Shown here piece by piece: positions 45,609 through 53,385 of a stretch of 64,000 bases of DNA. The translations under genes and the position numbers were made by a program. Each line of letters starts with the position of its first letter. Within the stretch, counting starts at the first letter, position 1. The stretch lies in the IMG/VR virus record IMGVR_UViG_3300045988_159115; one strand, 5' to 3'. The notes beneath the pieces are model-generated. The model saw only the letters and a list, made by a program, of their open reading frames with translations. It made no database searches and had not been told where the DNA came from. Origin of the DNA: a virus.

Positions 45609-45788
45609 TTACAGCAGAGTCTCCATAAGGTCGAGAGACTCTGCAATCATCCTTTTGCCGAACTCAGCACTGTGGAGCTCAAGCTTGAGGCAAGCGATTT
45701 CAATTTCGTCATCACTTGCTTCAATCTTTGCCTTGATGTCATCTACCTCCTTACAGGCTTCGATGTACATCTGTCTGATTTCATCCAT
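45609..45788 (-). CDS. small acidic coiled-coil protein (59 aa)
   Basis: GGAGG 7 nt upstream of the ATG. It is below the ORF-track cutoff and was translated by hand: MDEIRQMYIEACKEVDDIKAKIEASDDEIEIACLKLELHSAEFGKRMIAESLDLMETLL. Confidence 0.5.
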   Translation of the reverse strand: MDEIRQMYIEACKEVDDIKAKIEASDDEIEIACLKLELHSAEFGKRMIAESLDLMETLL

Positions 45789-45806
45789 CTTACGTCCTCC
45801 TTGAAA

Positions 45807-46037
45807 TCAGTGAAGCTGCACATAGTAGCAGGCAAAGAATACCATCATGCCTGCGCACAATGCGATAGCGCCACAAGTCGAAGCCTCCTGGCTGCTCCAT
45901 CCATAATTCATGATGGAGATGGTTCCGGCGATGAGCATCAAGATCATGACGATCGAACCAAGCAGTGCGACCAGGCCCATGATATTACGGACGACGACTT
46001 CAGAATTGGCAGCGAAATTGTTGACGAGAGTAAGCAT
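45807..46037 (-). CDS. small two-helix membrane protein (76 aa)
   Basis: SD AGGAGGT; early-type promoter at 46117-46131. Confidence 0.55.
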   Translation of the reverse strand: MLTLVNNFAANSEVVVRNIMGLVALLGSIVMILMLIAGTISIMNYGWSSQEASTCGAIALCAGMMVFFACYYVQLH

Positions 46038-46116
46038 AATATTTACCTCCTATGCTTTTACCGTTCGGATCATAGAAATTGAAATATTTTTCTAGATCCT
46101 TTATTTTCTTCACCAG

Positions 46117-46131
46117 TATAATATATCATTA
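46117..46131 (-). promoter_or_regulatory. early-type promoter motif (minus strand TAATGATATATTATA)
   Basis: Oriented toward the small-membrane-protein cassette 46037-44978. Confidence 0.6.
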
Positions 46132-46260
46132 TTCTAGAAGAATATACGGATAAAAGAAGAACCCGCTAGACCACATAATCGTGAATCTAGCGGGTTCTTT
46201 ATACTACACCCTTAGGAGGTTTTCATATGAAAAACAACGTAGTGAAGTTTTGATCAAGAA

Positions 46261-48000
46261 TTACTTGTCCAGAATGAACGGAGTATTCTTGAAGCTCATG
46301 CTGCCCTGGATACCCTGGATGGTGCAGGTCGTGTTACGAGTGGTGCCCATCAGGTAGGTCATAGAACCACCAGGCAGAGTAGAAGAACGGTAACCACTGT
46401 TCTGAGCAGTCAGAATGTGAGTGGTGTACTTGTAGTGCTTGAAAGTGAACTGAGAATCGTTCAGAGGATAGGGGATGAAGCGCAGCTTACGAGTATCGCG
46501 GTTGCTGTACTTGTAGGTAGAGACAACCTGGATCTTCATGCCAGCAGCGTTCATGATGCCGTAGCTGTAGTTAGCCTTGACGCCACCAACGGAATCGCCA
46601 GACTTAACAACCCAGTTGACCTCAGGATCAAGCAGGCTGATGTAGCGGGGGTTACCGTAGACGACGAAGGTCATATCCTCGATCTTTGCAGAATCGCAGA
46701 TGTCGATGACAAAGCGATCAATCCAGAACTTCAGCATCTTCTGGATGTACTCAGACTGCAGTGCGACGGTCTGGGTCTTGGAATCGCAGTCGAACTCCTG
46801 CTCACGAATGAACGGATTGAAGCCCAGAGGATCAAGCTCAACGCCCTTGTACTTGTCGTACTGCTCATCCAGATACTTCAGAATCTGGGAGTCCTCCATC
46901 TGGACCAGAATGTCAGACAGATCGTTGTAGGTCAGCTTGTACAGATCCATATCCATCAGAGCCTTGGTGTCCTCCAGCTCCTCCAGAGAATACGGAACAT
47001 CCACACGGAAGCCGTCCTCGATCTTCCATTCGTGCTCCTCACGGGTACGATCCCAAGTGACAGTACGCTCGTTGGCCTCATTGCTCAGATAGCCACCGAA
47101 CTTGACACTGTTGACCTTACCAGCAGCAGAAGACAGGCAGACATTATTGGTCAGGAAGTCGACGGTACCAGTGATAACATCGACGATGTTACCATCAGCG
47201 TCCTTGATCTGGCCGCCCAGCCAGGTGCCATCGGACATGTTGATTCGCATCTCCAGAGGAACGTCCTTAGCACCGTCGTCGAATGTGACGTTAGCAGAGA
47301 CGATTTTCAGATCGAAAGTGATGTGCTCACGGGTAGGATCAGTAGAATCGGTAAGCTTAGCAGGGATGTTGTAGTTGAAGCATGCGCCATTCTTGATATC
47401 GACAGCGGTATCCTTGATGGGCAGGCCCTTACCTGCATTATAGATCTCCATGAACTCATCCTTGAAGAAGCACTGGGGATACTCCCAACGCTTGCCGGTC
47501 TTGGGATCGACGACCCAACGGCGCTCGATATGCTTCTTGATGACGGGGCTCTTGGTGACCTCAGTCTGGATGATATCCTTAGTAGCCAGAGCCAGGTTCT
47601 GCTTGATCAGGACAGGGAAGTCCACAGTCTTGATGGGCAGCAGCTGGCCGACGCGGGTGGACTCCTGGATCATATCTGCAACGCAGTTGTCCAGCAGAGC
47701 CTCGGTCTGCTCATACAGAGTGGCGTAACGGGTACCATCAGCACGATCGGCCATAGCATCGCAGTCATCCTTCAGCTGAGACAGCAGGGTCTCCTTGTAG
47801 GACTCATAGATGGGCTGATTCTGAATAATGGTGTTGACGTCGAGCATCGGGTCGATGTTCTTCTCCATCAGGTTATGATAAGCCTGCTCGAAGACGGCAT
47901 CGAAAGTATTCTTGGAGGAACCAGCGGAGAAGCCACCGATAGTCGGAGTCTCAACGAAGTTCTTCGAAGATTCGGTCAGAAAACTCAGATGATTATTCAT
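46261..48000 (-). CDS. major capsid protein candidate (579 aa)
   Basis: It has the strongest codon bias in the window, SD AAAGGAG, and a TACA-N6-TAAT motif at 48033-48049. It sits directly downstream of an acidic scaffold-like gene. No diagnostic motif is verifiable by eye. Confidence 0.5.
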   Translation of the reverse strand: MNNHLSFLTESSKNFVETPTIGGFSAGSSKNTFDAVFEQAYHNLMEKNIDPMLDVNTIIQNQPIYESYKETLLSQLKDDCDAMADRADGTRYATLYEQTEALLDNCVADMIQESTRVGQLLPIKTVDFPVLIKQNLALATKDIIQTEVTKSPVIKKHIERRWVVDPKTGKRWEYPQCFFKDEFMEIYNAGKGLPIKDTAVDIKNGACFNYNIPAKLTDSTDPTREHITFDLKIVSANVTFDDGAKDVPLEMRINMSDGTWLGGQIKDADGNIVDVITGTVDFLTNNVCLSSAAGKVNSVKFGGYLSNEANERTVTWDRTREEHEWKIEDGFRVDVPYSLEELEDTKALMDMDLYKLTYNDLSDILVQMEDSQILKYLDEQYDKYKGVELDPLGFNPFIREQEFDCDSKTQTVALQSEYIQKMLKFWIDRFVIDICDSAKIEDMTFVVYGNPRYISLLDPEVNWVVKSGDSVGGVKANYSYGIMNAAGMKIQVVSTYKYSNRDTRKLRFIPYPLNDSQFTFKHYKYTTHILTAQNSGYRSSTLPGGSMTYLMGTTRNTTCTIQGIQGSMSFKNTPFILDK

Positions 48001-48032
48001 TGCGAATTCGCTCCTTTTCTTAATTATTAAGA

Positions 48033-48049
48033 ATTACTCAAATGTAACA
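48033..48049 (-). promoter_or_regulatory. TACA-N6-TAAT motif (TGTTACATTTGAGTAAT)
   Basis: 33 nt upstream of the MCP-candidate start. Confidence 0.5.
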
Positions 48050-48075
48050 GAAATCCATTACGAAATTGGAGTATT

Positions 48076-48954
48076 TTAGCACCAATCATTAGGATACTGT
48101 TTTAACTCAATCCTGTTGTTCCTAAGTAATTCAAGGTTGAGTTTTGCAATAGCAAGTGCATTTTCCATGTAGATCAGTAATTCCACATAGGAAGATTTTT
48201 GGAATCGCACCATCATAAAATCATAAAGATTATCATGGAGCGTACTGAAATTACCTGTGACTCTCTTGATGACTGCATTCTGTGTAGGATCGTCTTTCAC
48301 GATATCTCTAAGCTTTTCATTGATATTTTCAATTACTTCGTAAAGATGCGTAAAGCGACCATACATATGATACTTACGAAGAGCCTCTCCTTTAGAGTCG
48401 CCGTTATCATTATAGCCGGAGGAAGACTTATTCCCAGAATCGGAAGAAGCATCATCAGGATTATCGTCATCAGCACCATCGGAACCATAATCCGTAGGCC
48501 CATCAGAATCATCCCCAGTGTCGCCTTCGTCGCCTGAATCAGAAGCCCCGCCATCGTCAGCAGTATCATCATTGGAATCATCGCCGTCATCCGCTCCATA
48601 ATCTGTTGCAGTATCGTCATCAGATGCATCGTCTCCAGAATCGTTATTGTCATCAGCTGCTGGAGTCTGGTCGTCACCAGTATCATCGGTGTCATCCAGA
48701 GTATTATCCTCAGCACCGTAGTCAGTGGGGCCATCTCCATCATCAGTTGTATCATTTGCAGTTTGTGCCGCAGGAGTATCGGACGGAGTATCGTCGTCAG
48801 CACCATAATCGGTATTACCACGATTCGTTGTAGGGCGGCCGCCAATTCTCCTAGGACGCTGTTCTTCGCTCACAGTAGTTTTCTCGTCGTCACCGGGAGC
48901 TTCAAACATGTATTGGTTAAAGAAAGACCTTTGACGAGGAATTTTCTCAATCAA
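48076..48954 (-). CDS. highly acidic repeat protein (scaffold/internal-protein-like)
   Basis: TTG start 9 nt after AAGGAGG, in a TTGA overlap. There are four copies of a TDYG[AS][DE]D motif within a D/T/G-rich tract of about 150 aa, followed by a helical C-terminal domain. Confidence 0.6.
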   Translation of the reverse strand: MIEKIPRQRSFFNQYMFEAPGDDEKTTVSEEQRPRRIGGRPTTNRGNTDYGADDDTPSDTPAAQTANDTTDDGDGPTDYGAEDNTLDDTDDTGDDQTPAADDNNDSGDDASDDDTATDYGADDGDDSNDDTADDGGASDSGDEGDTGDDSDGPTDYGSDGADDDNPDDASSDSGNKSSSGYNDNGDSKGEALRKYHMYGRFTHLYEVIENINEKLRDIVKDDPTQNAVIKRVTGNFSTLHDNLYDFMMVRFQKSSYVELLIYMENALAIAKLNLELLRNNRIELKQYPNDWC

Positions 48955-49184
48955 CGGAGTTTACCTCCTTTCTTTCGTACTCGTCTCAAATGTTTTTCGA
49001 CGCAGTAGCAATTAAACTCGTGGATTAAATCAAAGATTGGCTCAAAGATCGCCTCTTTGATACACAGATAACATGCTCCACATATATCCATAAATGCTGG
49101 AAGCAAAATGATAAAGAGAGCAATGATACAGATGCCAAGAACCAAAAAGATGATTGCTACGCCAGAAAGTTCATCTCTTGTCAT
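48951..49184 (-). CDS. small membrane protein (77 aa)
   Basis: The ATG at 49184 lies 1 nt after the upstream stop; 49208 is an alternative start. It has one long hydrophobic helix and a Cys-rich tail. Confidence 0.5.
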   Translation of the reverse strand: MTRDELSGVAIIFLVLGICIIALFIILLPAFMDICGACYLCIKEAIFEPIFDLIHEFNCYCVEKHLRRVRKKGGKLR

Positions 49185-49185
49185 A

Positions 49186-49485
49186 TCAGAACATGTCCTT
49201 TCCATCAATGAATCGTAATAAAATATCTATCGGAAGAAAAACCAATCTACTCATACCAGCAATTAAGGTGCAGATCCAGTAGATTGGATTCTTCCAATGA
49301 TTTGCGAGTTTTGGAATCGCTTCATTGACTTGAGCGACAGAATGATCAAATAATACCTTTAAGAAAAATTTATCAAAAATGGATATGATAGTTGTAGGCA
49401 TGAGTGCAATCCACCAGAAATAAGCCATTCCTTTAATGTACCATTCCATATTAGGTTTGATCATAAGTCTCGCAAAGTAAAACAT
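49186..49485 (-). CDS. membrane protein (99 aa)
   Basis: SD AAGGAG; two hydrophobic segments. Confidence 0.55.
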   Translation of the reverse strand: MFYFARLMIKPNMEWYIKGMAYFWWIALMPTTIISIFDKFFLKVLFDHSVAQVNEAIPKLANHWKNPIYWICTLIAGMSRLVFLPIDILLRFIDGKDMF

Positions 49486-49507
49486 AATCTTTCTCCTTAT
49501 TTTATAC

Positions 49508-49624
49508 TTAAATACTCTTGCTTGCCTTCTTTAAAATGGCACGATAGCAATTGGGAATTGCATGGTAAATGACCCAATCAAGAATAAAGCAAACGAGAGT
49601 AGCCTCAAGCACGTGTGAAATCAT
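49508..49624 (-). CDS. possible small membrane peptide (38 aa)
   Basis: Hand-translated: MISHVLEATLVCFILDWVIYHAIPNCYRAILKKASKSI. AGGAG lies 13 nt upstream, which is a long spacing. Confidence 0.3.
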   Translation of the reverse strand: MISHVLEATLVCFILDWVIYHAIPNCYRAILKKASKSI

Positions 49625-49650
49625 AAAGGTCTTATTTCTCCTATATCGTA

Positions 49651-51693
49651 TTAGACGTAATTGGAATTTGCAGAAATGCGGACGATCTCAGCATCCAGCT
49701 TATCCTTAATACGCATCATACGATACTTTTCGTTACGCATCTTCGGATCGCCAGACATATCTTCGATCTTTGCATTGACGACGGTCTTTTCTGCCTGAAG
49801 CTCACGGACTAACTCATTGCGGATACGAATATCCTTCTCATGAGAAAGCTTATGAGCGATAATCAGTACGATATTGAGAAGAGGATTGATTGCAAAAGCA
49901 ATACCATGCTCGATAGCAATCTTCAGTGCACGGAATACCTTCTTCCGACTACCGGGCTTAATGATGTATTCCTTACGCCGGTCATCATCCATCTCTTCCC
50001 AGCTATCAATCTGCTTTTTAATCATTCCATTGATGCCACTAGGAATTTTACCAGTAGCTTTTGCTGCATTCTTAGCATCAATGCTAGTACGTTTGATCTT
50101 GGAAAGATGCTTATGGAATTTTGCATTTGCATCCAGAGCCTTATTTTGGATTCTCTGGAAGAAAGGACGCTTTTGAGGCTTTTCAACTTCAATAGGCTTT
50201 GCCGAAACGTCTTCATCAGAAGACTTAGCGTCAGAAGTGGCATTGCCAGACTTATTGTCTTTTTCGTCTTCATCCTCTGACGCTTCGTTAAAATTGAAGT
50301 CGGAAATATCCATATTAGCATACTTTGCAGTTTGACGTGCCTTTGCAGCATCGCGATCAGCAGCTCGCTGATCATCAGACTTATTAGAAGATGAAGTATC
50401 AGGAGTATCCTCATCTTCATCATCTGTACCATCTTCATCGTCCTGGGAATCGAGAGTCTGATCGTCTTTCTTAATCTCAGAAGCCTTTGTGGGACGATAC
50501 ATCGGAAGTTCACCAGTTGTCTGAGCAACGACACGAGAGGCATCGCCATTAGACTTGAAGTATGATTCATAAGCAACCTGATACTCAGAATCAATCTTTT
50601 CAGACAGATCCTTCAGCATACCAACCTGCTCATTGATATCAGTGGGAATCTTTTTAATGGAAGAAGACTCAATGCAGAGCTGCTCCACAATCGGATCCCA
50701 GTTGGAAGTAGATTCAGCTGTGACACCGTAGATAGCATCCATCGCGAGGAAACTTTCGTTCATAGCAACGATTGCCTTCTCGCACATCAGGTTATGCATC
50801 TTCTCAACGGATTCACTCTCGTCGTAGATGCTACGATTTTCCAGATCATCAAAGATCTGATTTACGCTATTCTCACCTGTGGAAACCATCAGGTCATCAA
50901 CAGTGTGGGATTCCATCAGTGCTGAACTAATGAAGTCAGACTGATCTTCCTTGGCAAGACCCTTCAGAAGAGTACGGAGATTCATATTACCGAGAGAATT
51001 GACCTTCTCAGAAATATAGGAATCTCGCATCATGCGCTTAACCACGTTCGTAGTGTATGCATTCAGCTGATACTGCTTCGGAGTCTTCGGCTCAGCAACA
51101 ATTGCTTCCTCAGTAAGATAGCGATAGAGAGAACTACCATTCTTCTCAGGATTTGTGACGCCGAGTGTAATTGCATCAATCAGACGCAGACCCTTTGTCT
51201 TCTTAGAGAAGATGGGATTCTCACAACTTTCTTCAATGACGCCGTCATAACGATTAAAGCCGACATTGTAGAAAGTGTCATTTGCGTGAGTATTATCATG
51301 GAAAGTCTCATACATCATACGAGTATTCTCAGTAGATGTCATCTTTCTTTCCATGGTATTCATCAGATCAGTGTACTCAGTGATCATCGACATGCTCATC
51401 TTATCCTTATGAGCTTCGAAATACTTCTTCACCTTGTAATACTCTTCACTGATTCGTTCGTAGGGAATGACGCAACTTTCCATAAGGTCTTTATAGAAAG
51501 AGCATCCGCGCATCGGCTCCGTAAAGATATACTCAGACCCATCTAGAAGATCGGTCAGTGTCATTTCGCTGTAAAAGCTTTCATATTCGATCGCGTTATA
51601 CTTGGTATAGTCCCGCTTCAGCATTTCAAACTCTGCATGAAGTGCCTTCACAGGAGTACCGGTTAAGATCTTTTCTTTATTGAGTTCGATCAT
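49651..51693 (-). CDS. hypothetical virion-module protein with central acidic disordered region (680 aa)
   Basis: SD AAAGGGG; AACA-N6-TAAT motif at 51740-51756. It is the first gene of the operon that ends with the MCP candidate. Confidence 0.65.
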   Translation of the reverse strand: MIELNKEKILTGTPVKALHAEFEMLKRDYTKYNAIEYESFYSEMTLTDLLDGSEYIFTEPMRGCSFYKDLMESCVIPYERISEEYYKVKKYFEAHKDKMSMSMITEYTDLMNTMERKMTSTENTRMMYETFHDNTHANDTFYNVGFNRYDGVIEESCENPIFSKKTKGLRLIDAITLGVTNPEKNGSSLYRYLTEEAIVAEPKTPKQYQLNAYTTNVVKRMMRDSYISEKVNSLGNMNLRTLLKGLAKEDQSDFISSALMESHTVDDLMVSTGENSVNQIFDDLENRSIYDESESVEKMHNLMCEKAIVAMNESFLAMDAIYGVTAESTSNWDPIVEQLCIESSSIKKIPTDINEQVGMLKDLSEKIDSEYQVAYESYFKSNGDASRVVAQTTGELPMYRPTKASEIKKDDQTLDSQDDEDGTDDEDEDTPDTSSSNKSDDQRAADRDAAKARQTAKYANMDISDFNFNEASEDEDEKDNKSGNATSDAKSSDEDVSAKPIEVEKPQKRPFFQRIQNKALDANAKFHKHLSKIKRTSIDAKNAAKATGKIPSGINGMIKKQIDSWEEMDDDRRKEYIIKPGSRKKVFRALKIAIEHGIAFAINPLLNIVLIIAHKLSHEKDIRIRNELVRELQAEKTVVNAKIEDMSGDPKMRNEKYRMMRIKDKLDAEIVRISANSNYV

Positions 51694-51739
51694 TTATGGT
51701 TATCCCCTTTCATGATAATAATACTAAGTCTTTAGTATG

Positions 51740-51756
51740 ATTAGCTATTTGTTTTC
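51740..51756 (-). promoter_or_regulatory. ACA-N6-TAAT motif (GAAAACAAATAGCTAAT)
   Basis: 47 nt upstream of 51693; back-to-back with 51773-51790. Confidence 0.5.
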
Positions 51757-51772
51757 AGAGGGGTTTCTTAGG

Positions 51773-51790
51773 AAAGCACAATGAATTAAC
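51773..51790 (+). promoter_or_regulatory. ACA-N6-TAA motif (AAAGCACAATGAATTAAC)
   Basis: 29 nt upstream of 51819. Confidence 0.45.
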
Positions 51791-51818
51791 GATTTTATTC
51801 AAAGAAAGGAGAAACGTA

Positions 51819-52310
51819 ATGAGTAGTAAACTGGAAGAAGCTTTTATGGAAGCTTACAAAGAAAATCTGATTCCAGCCGATATGGTAATGGAAGCATTTG
51901 ATGGAATTAAAGCAGCAATCCATAACCATAAAGAAGAGAAAGCTGCAAATAAATCTGGTAATGATCCGAAACTTGCGGATAAGATTTATAAGAAGCTTTC
52001 TCCTTATCTTCCGAGCAATTGGAAGAAATTTTCTATTAGCGTAGCAGATCATAAGGAAGACCCAAATAAATATGGCGTTCTTATGATGATTACAGACAGC
52101 ACTGGCAAAACCAGTGATTGGACAAAACTGAAATGTGCTGACCGTCCTGAGGCGACTCGTGCTATGATGAACTGTGCCAATCTTCTGCAGAAGCATCAGA
52201 AAGGATTTGATGGTACTTCATTTGAATGCAGTGGAGTTTCTCTCACATTTACGCAAGAGTCTGGAGTTCGTCAGTATAAGTTTTCTTATAAGAAAAAGAA
52301 GTCAGAATAA
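51819..52310 (+). CDS. hypothetical protein (163 aa)
   Basis: SD AAAGGAG; ACA-N6-TAA motif at 51773-51790; bidirectional terminator at 52315-52361. Confidence 0.7.
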   Translation: MSSKLEEAFMEAYKENLIPADMVMEAFDGIKAAIHNHKEEKAANKSGNDPKLADKIYKKLSPYLPSNWKKFSISVADHKEDPNKYGVLMMITDSTGKTSDWTKLKCADRPEATRAMMNCANLLQKHQKGFDGTSFECSGVSLTFTQESGVRQYKFSYKKKKSE

Positions 52311-52314
52311 AAAA

Positions 52315-52361
52315 TAAAAAAAAGATAGTAACCAATTTGCATTTGAGTTACTATCTTTTTT
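52315..52361. terminator. bidirectional terminator shared by 51819-52310 and the ncRNA candidate
   Basis: AAAAAAGATAGTAAC / GTTACTATCTTTTTT with A- and T-runs on both sides. Confidence 0.7.
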
Positions 52362-52385
52362 GCTTCCAAAGAGAAGTGATTGAAC
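52362..52385. repeat. left arm of perfect 24-bp inverted repeat GCTTCCAAAGAGAAGTGATTGAAC
   Basis: Exact reverse complement of 52531-52554. Confidence 0.95.
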
Positions 52386-52530
52386 TGATCCAGGCATAAC
52401 ACTTGTGTTCCATCCTCACCTCATCACTACTGTGAGAGGTATGAGCCGCGATATACTCTTTTCTTTTCCTTCATCATTATTAATGAAGGCAGCACCACGC
52501 CTATCATGAACACGTCGGTTTAACCCGGAA

Positions 52531-52554
52531 GTTCAATCACTTCTCTTTGGAAGC
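52531..52554. repeat. right arm of perfect 24-bp inverted repeat
   Basis: Exact reverse complement of 52362-52385. Confidence 0.95.
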
Positions 52555-52598
52555 GAATTAATTATAAGTACTTATGATACTTACTATTTATTCACATA

Positions 52599-52616
52599 TA
52601 TAATATATCATTATAA
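52599..52616 (-). promoter_or_regulatory. early-type promoter motif (minus strand TTATAATGATATATTATA) driving the ncRNA candidate
   Basis: Full 18-mer identical to the copies at 12725 and 18416. No ORF lies downstream before the terminator at 52361-52315. Confidence 0.6.
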
Positions 52617-52638
52617 TTTAAGGCTTTATCGTTAAAAT

Positions 52639-52673
52639 ACCACGGATGTACTCCGAAGAAATACATCCGTGGT
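52639..52673 (-). terminator. hairpin terminator of 53074-52772
   Basis: 12-bp stem ACCACGGATGTA / TACATCCGTGGT. On the minus strand it is followed by ATTTT. Confidence 0.55.
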
Positions 52674-52771
52674 TATACACAGAAACGCTTTGATAACAAA
52701 ATGTTTAGATAAAATCCATTATAAGCGAATAAAGTAAGTATATTAATCTAGTCCGTTATACTAGAAGAATA

Positions 52772-53074
52772 TCAAGTCTGTAAAGTCCAAGTTGCAGTGC
52801 TTAGATCGGTAATCGTTGACGCACATCGTCTTATTAATGTTTTATTACGATCGTCGGCGATAAAAATCTGGAAAGCCGTACCGTCGGTGTTAGTAAAACA
52901 CGCTCCATTTCCGACGCCAAAATTCTTATTAAGCTCATTATCTTTAGGCAGCCAAGTGTAACACCATCCTTTTGGTAGATCCGTAAGAGAATCATTTGGA
53001 CATACGTTTGGATAATTATCAATATTCAATTTTATGTCTTCATTTGAAGTTCTAAGCATAACCGATTTACTCAT
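52772..53074 (-). CDS. hypothetical Cys-containing small protein (100 aa), accessory
   Basis: ATG at 53074 is 9 nt after GAGG. Codon usage is atypical for the window (AT-rich third positions). It contains CPND..LPKGW. A hairpin terminator lies at 52639-52673. Confidence 0.55.
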   Translation of the reverse strand: MSKSVMLRTSNEDIKLNIDNYPNVCPNDSLTDLPKGWCYTWLPKDNELNKNFGVGNGACFTNTDGTAFQIFIADDRNKTLIRRCASTITDLSTATWTLQT

Positions 53075-53108
53075 TTTTTGATACCTCGGGCTTAGTACCT
53101 TCATCATC

Positions 53109-53137
53109 CTAACATATAATCAAAGATTATATGTTAG
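53109..53137. repeat. 29-nt palindrome P1 (13-bp stem, AAA loop) in the leader of the minus-strand gene
   Basis: CTAACATATAATCAAAGATTATATGTTAG. It is the inverted copy of P2, differing only by a paired T-A to G-C change. Confidence 0.9.
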
Positions 53138-53141
53138 CAAA

Positions 53142-53184
53142 AACGAGCCCAAAACTATTCAAATCAGGTAGTTTTGGGCTCGTT
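53142..53184 (-). terminator. 16-bp hairpin followed by a T-run on the minus strand (attenuator-like)
   Basis: AACGAGCCCAAAACTA / TAGTTTTGGGCTCGTT. On the minus strand it is followed by TTTTTG, directly before P1. Confidence 0.45.
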
Positions 53185-53198
53185 ACTGCGGCTCTTTT

Positions 53199-53239
53199 GC
53201 CTAGCAAGAATTCAGACAAAATGAATTCAAATGCTAGGC
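53199..53239. repeat. long imperfect hairpin (GCCTAGCA..GAATTCA / TGAATTC..TGCTAGGC)
   Basis: Two nested complementary blocks; no T-run on either side. Confidence 0.7.
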
Positions 53240-53260
53240 GTGTAGCGATAGTTATGATGA

Positions 53261-53272
53261 TAAAATATTGTT
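53261..53272 (-). promoter_or_regulatory. ACA-N6-TA motif (AACAATATTTTA) inside the structured divergent control region
   Basis: It points toward hairpin 53199-53239, terminator-like hairpin 53142-53184, P1 and gene 53074-52772. Confidence 0.35.
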
Positions 53273-53328
53273 AGTTTCGTTCAATAAAGAACGTAGCTAC
53301 GTTGAATAATATTCGTTGCCGAATATTA

Positions 53329-53357
53329 CTAACATATAAGCTTTGCTTATATGTTAG
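53329..53357. repeat. 29-nt palindrome P2 (13-bp stem, TTT loop) in the leader of the plus-strand gene
   Basis: CTAACATATAAGCTTTGCTTATATGTTAG, preceded by an 8-bp hairpin (53308-53327) and a 14-nt palindrome (53290-53303). Confidence 0.9.
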
Positions 53358-53385
53358 GATGGTGCATGCTATGGAGGTTTATTCC

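Larger units (their letters stand above)
52315..52598 (-). ncRNA. candidate phage non-coding RNA: about 35-nt leader, then a 24-bp closing stem around a 145-nt structured core, then an intrinsic terminator
   Basis: The best-consensus early-type promoter lies on the minus strand (52599-52616). A perfect inverted repeat spans 52362-52385 and 52531-52554, and is extended by 6 bp using a G-U pair possible only in the minus-strand RNA. There are internal hairpins at 52419-52439 and 52468-52489. A terminator lies at 52315-52361. No SD-led ORF is present. Confidence 0.5.

Noticed and set aside
52386-52530. Mini-ORFs inside the ncRNA core: 26 aa on the minus strand starting ATGATAGGC, and 22 aa on the plus strand starting ATGAGCCGC.
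   Set aside because: The minus-strand ORF has no SD. The plus-strand ATG sits only 1 nt after GAGAGG, which is non-functional spacing, and it would be transcribed against the promoter orientation.
52362-52554. Retron msr-msd interpretation of the 24-bp-clamped element.
   Set aside because: Flanking inverted repeats resemble the retron a1/a2 arrangement. However, no reverse transcriptase or effector gene is adjacent or anywhere in the 64-kb window, and no long msd-type hairpin is evident.
52362-52554. MITE or miniature transposon with 24-bp terminal inverted repeats.
   Set aside because: No target-site duplication flanks the repeats (TTTTTT on one side, GAATTA on the other). No second copy and no transposase occur in the window. 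The precise placement between a consensus promoter and a terminator favours an RNA gene. This cannot be fully excluded without database searches.
53109-53357. Invertible promoter switch (inverton) bounded by P1 and P2.
   Set aside because: The geometry fits: inverted repeats flank about 190 bp between divergent genes. However, no invertase or recombinase is present in the window. Each repeat is itself a perfect hairpin located in the 5' leader of its gene, and the compensatory change points to selection on intramolecular pairing. It is kept only as an alternative, testable with long reads.
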